NCBI GenBank assembly: GCA_963842085.1
Contig: CAWJET010000001.1
Coordinates: 352,001-416,000 of the forward strand
Length of the DNA stretch: 64,000 nucleotides
Direction: 5' to 3'
Origin: an uncultured delta proteobacterium
GTDB taxonomy: Bacteria; Desulfobacterota; Binatia; Binatales; Binataceae
Both the position numbers and the translations under genes were made by a program. Under the pieces are notes generated by a model. The model was not told the DNA's origin, ran no database searches, and saw only the letters and a list, made by a program, of their open reading frames with translations. Below are positions 60,915 to 64,000 of this stretch, one piece after another (the stretch's first letter is position 1; every line of letters starts with the position of its first letter).

Positions 60915-61823
60915 ATGCCCAGAAAAACTCCGTTCATACTCGTCGACGTCTTCACTTCGCGGCCCTTCGGCGGCAACCAGCTCGCGGTCTTTACCGACGC
61001 CGCAGTGCTCAGCGCGAGCGAGATGCAGGAACTGGCGCATGAGATGAACTTCAGCGAATCGACGTTCGTGATGCCGGCGGAATCTTCGGGCACGCGGCGC
61101 GTGCGGATCTTCACGCCAAGGCGCGAAGTTCCGATGGCCGGGCATCCCACGGTCGGCACCACCTGGGTGCTCGCGAGCCGCGGCGAGATCGCGCTCGAAT
61201 CGGCGAGCGTCGATGCGACACTGCAACTCGGAATCGGGCCGGTGACGGTGACCGTCGAGAGCAGCGACGGCAAGCCGCATTTCGTCTGGATGGCGCATCG
61301 CGAGGCGGAGTTCGGCGCGAAGCGGCGCGACCGCGCGCGCATCGCAAAGGCGCTTGGAATCACCGTGGCGGACATTCGCGACGATTTGCCGATTCAGATC
61401 GTCTCGACCGGCTTTCCCTTCGTCTTTGTCCCGCTTCGCACGCTGGACGCGCTCGCGAAATGCGCTCCCAGCGCTGCCCCGCTCGCGGCGCTGTTTGAGC
61501 CGGGTGTGCAGGCGCCGCTCTTATATATGTTTGTCGCGAACCAGTCGGGCGAGTTCTCGGCCCGGGCGCGGATGTTCGCGCCGCATGACGGAATTCCCGA
61601 GGATCCCGCGACCGGCAGCGCCGCAGCTCCATTCGGCGCGTACGCCGCGACGTACGGATTGATCAAGCCTGCGCCCAGGACTTCGTTCCTGATCCAGCAA
61701 GGCGTCGAGATGGGACGGCCCAGCGAGATTCGCGTCGAGGTCGCGCGCAAGGACGGCGGCGCATTCGCAATCCGAATCGGCGGACGATGCGCGATCGTCG
61801 GCGAAGGCGCGATGTTCCTATAA
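60915..61823 (+). CDS. PhzF family isomerase
   Basis: VDVFT...GGNQLAV, SESTF, AGHPTVG, EDPATGSA. Confidence 0.92.
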   Translation: MPRKTPFILVDVFTSRPFGGNQLAVFTDAAVLSASEMQELAHEMNFSESTFVMPAESSGTRRVRIFTPRREVPMAGHPTVGTTWVLASRGEIALESASVDATLQLGIGPVTVTVESSDGKPHFVWMAHREAEFGAKRRDRARIAKALGITVADIRDDLPIQIVSTGFPFVFVPLRTLDALAKCAPSAAPLAALFEPGVQAPLLYMFVANQSGEFSARARMFAPHDGIPEDPATGSAAAPFGAYAATYGLIKPAPRTSFLIQQGVEMGRPSEIRVEVARKDGGAFAIRIGGRCAIVGEGAMFL

Positions 61824-61850
61824 CGCGCGAGCGCCGCTATTGTTGTGCTC

Positions 61851-62435
61851 ATGGACGAACGCCACATTCCGTCGGTCGGCGAAAAAGCACCCGAGTTCGC
61901 GCTCGCCGACTCGACCGGCATCGTGCGCCGCCTCGACGACCTGGTCGCGGGCGGGATGTGCGTCGTCGTTTTCTACCGCGGGCACTGGTGACCGTTTTGC
62001 CTCCGCCAGTTGGCGGACTATTCGGAGCATTTCGAGGATTTTCGTAAGGCCAGCGCTGAGCTGATTGCAATCTCCGTGGACGATGCCGCGCGCGCGGAAC
62101 CGGTTCGCCAGGAGCTCGGCATCAAATTTCCGCTGCTGTGCGACCCGCGGCGCGAGGTCGTCAAGGCATACGGCCTGCTCAACACGCGCGAGAATGGCGG
62201 TATCGCGTTTCCCGCGTCATTTGTGATCGATCGCGAGCGTGTCGTGCGTTTCCGCGCGCTCGAAGAGGTCGCGTCGCGCGTCAGCGTGGATCAATTGCTC
62301 GGACTGGTGCGCGCGCTCGGCAACGGTACCCAAGCGACGGTGACACCGCGCAAGCGCGGCGTGTGGCCCGGAGCGATGTTCGTCCGCGCGACGATGAACG
62401 CGCTTCGGCGCGGCGTCCGCGTCCCGAACCGATAG
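61851..62435 (+). CDS. AhpC/TSA peroxiredoxin-like selenoprotein (UxxC)
   Basis: Continuous frame MDERHIPSVGEKAPEF...FYRGHW-TGA(61989-61991)-PFC-LRQLADY...; SECIS-like hairpin downstream. Confidence 0.85.
62002..62017 (+). promoter_or_regulatory. bacterial SECIS-like hairpin
   Basis: TCCGCC-AGTT-GGCGGA beginning 11 nt after the in-frame TGA. Confidence 0.65.
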
Positions 62436-62513
62436 GATCGAATCGGCATCGGCGCGGATTTTAAACTTCCCATCTCTATGCCGCGAGCCTATGATGCTGC
62501 GCGCGGAGTCTGC

Positions 62514-63767
62514 ATGAATCGTCGATATCTTGCCGCGCTGTCGTTTTTCGTTGCCGCCGCACTCGGCGCCTGCGGAGGAGCCGATATTTCCGAGGCGCCG
62601 CCGGTCTTCGTCACCAATCCGCAAGGTAACCGCGTCGAAGCGCTCGCGATGACCTCGCCGCGCGCGAACGCCGCCGCAATTCGGCTCCGCGACGGACGCG
62701 TGCTGATTTGCGGCGGCACCGCGACCGGAGAAGTTGGCGGCGTCCTCTCGAGCGCCGAGCTTTACGATCCCGCCGCGCGCAGTTTCACGCCGACCGGCGC
62801 GATGACCGTCGCGCGCGCCGGGCAGACGATCACGATGCTCCGCGACGGACGCGTGCTGCTCACCGGCGGCGTTCAGAACGTCGGCTTCCGCTCGCAGCTT
62901 GCCAGTGCGGAAATTTACGATCCGGCAGCCGGCACTTTCAGCGCGACGGGCTCGATGTCGACGCCGCGCGAGGGTCACACCGCAACTATGCTTCGCGACG
63001 GCCGGGTGCTGATCGCCGGCGGCAGCGCCAACGGCGTGCAGACGTTGGACTCGGCTGAGATTTACGATCCGTCGAGCGGCTCTTTCAGCCGCACCGGCCA
63101 CTTGAATCAACCGCGCGTCGCGCATGTCGCCGCGCTGCTCGGCACGGGCCAGGTATTGATCGCCGGCGGCGGCCGCGGCGGCATGCCGGGCGGCTATATC
63201 TCCTACGACACCGCGGAACTGTACGATCCGTCCGCCGGCACGTTCACGGCGATGCGCGCGCACATGAAGAGCGATCGCGTCGGCGCGGCCGCCGTCAAAC
63301 TGAACGACGGGCGCGTGCTGATCGCCGGCGGCAAGAGCGGCCGAGTCATGATGGTCCGGCATCCCAATCTCTCTTCGCTGACGCCGCTCAACACCGCCGA
63401 AATTTATGATCCGGAAGCGGGCGCCTTCGTCAAAACCGGCGACATGAGTGCGCCGCATTACCTGCCGACTGCGACGATGCTCGACGACGGCAATGTGCTC
63501 GTCGTCGGCGGATGGACCATCCGGGGTCCGTTGGTGGTCGGGATGCGCGACGCCGAAGTCTATAAGCCTGAGACGAACCTGTTCTCGCACGTGGGCGAGA
63601 CCAACGTCGCGCGGCTCACGAACACCGCGACATTATTGAATGACGGCGAGGTTCTGATCGCCGGCGGCATCGCTGACAAAGCGCTGGTAAGCGCGTCCGT
63701 CGAGTTCTATTCTCCAACGCAGCATCGGTTCCTGATGCTGCCGGAAACCTCCGCGGCCACGGAATGA
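62514..63767 (+). CDS. kelch/galactose-oxidase-repeat lipoprotein
   Basis: Lipobox LGAC; repeats LxDGRVLIAGG...SAEIYDP. Confidence 0.9.
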   Translation: MNRRYLAALSFFVAAALGACGGADISEAPPVFVTNPQGNRVEALAMTSPRANAAAIRLRDGRVLICGGTATGEVGGVLSSAELYDPAARSFTPTGAMTVARAGQTITMLRDGRVLLTGGVQNVGFRSQLASAEIYDPAAGTFSATGSMSTPREGHTATMLRDGRVLIAGGSANGVQTLDSAEIYDPSSGSFSRTGHLNQPRVAHVAALLGTGQVLIAGGGRGGMPGGYISYDTAELYDPSAGTFTAMRAHMKSDRVGAAAVKLNDGRVLIAGGKSGRVMMVRHPNLSSLTPLNTAEIYDPEAGAFVKTGDMSAPHYLPTATMLDDGNVLVVGGWTIRGPLVVGMRDAEVYKPETNLFSHVGETNVARLTNTATLLNDGEVLIAGGIADKALVSASVEFYSPTQHRFLMLPETSAATE

Positions 63768-64000
63768 ACGATTTGCCGGCAGAGCTACTGCCCGCGTTTG
63801 AACTGCGCGACGCCCGCGGAGCCCCGCGCTCATTCCCGTCCGCGCGACCTGCGCTGCTCTGCTTCGTCAAGGAAGATTGCCCTACATGCGGACTGACGAT
63901 GCCGCTGATCGAGGCCGCGCATCGCGCCTTCGGCGCATCGGTCGATGTGTGGGCGATAGGCCAGGACGCCGAAGGCAACGCGAAACTCGTCGAGCGATAT
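63764..64000 (+). CDS. thioredoxin-like/redoxin protein (partial)
   Basis: Manual translation MNDLPAELLPAFELRD...FVKEDCPTCGLTMP; ATGA overlap with the kelch gene. Confidence 0.75.
   Translation, partial: MNDLPAELLPAFELRDARGAPRSFPSARPALLCFVKEDCPTCGLTMPLIEAAHRAFGASVDVWAIGQDAEGNAKLVERY

Overview
A GC-rich bacterial chromosomal segment. Gene content suggests a deltaproteobacteria-like lineage, possibly Candidatus Binatota (inference only). Housekeeping and respiratory loci include an aa3-type cytochrome c oxidase operon (coxB-coxA-ctaA-ctaB-small ORF-coxC), queA-tgt-yajC-secD with no adjacent secF, groES-groEL with CIRCE, aroF, zwf, greA, cyaY and fatty-acid enzymes. Five loci stand out. (1) A TetR-controlled operon encodes a SAM methyltransferase and a fused HgcAB-like corrinoid/membrane/ferredoxin protein, directly behind a Cu(I) P1B-ATPase and a Met-rich periplasmic protein. 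(2) A b6f-like cytochrome b / subunit IV / octaheme cytochrome c / cupredoxin-like operon has no Rieske gene and two unannotated small membrane ORFs; a detached PDNIPI peptide gene sits 8 kb away, paired with a 4x[4Fe-4S] polyferredoxin. (3) A 2.97-kb IS1595-family element with cargo (including a DUF3800-like gene) is inserted in the middle of a REP-like palindrome. (4) A DUF559 nuclease gene is bracketed by inverted REP-like repeats. (5) A UxxC selenoprotein peroxiredoxin-like gene with a SECIS-like hairpin is split by the ORF track. Three genes carry single +1 frameshifts, which may be sequencing errors. No tRNA, rRNA or CRISPR array was recognised.
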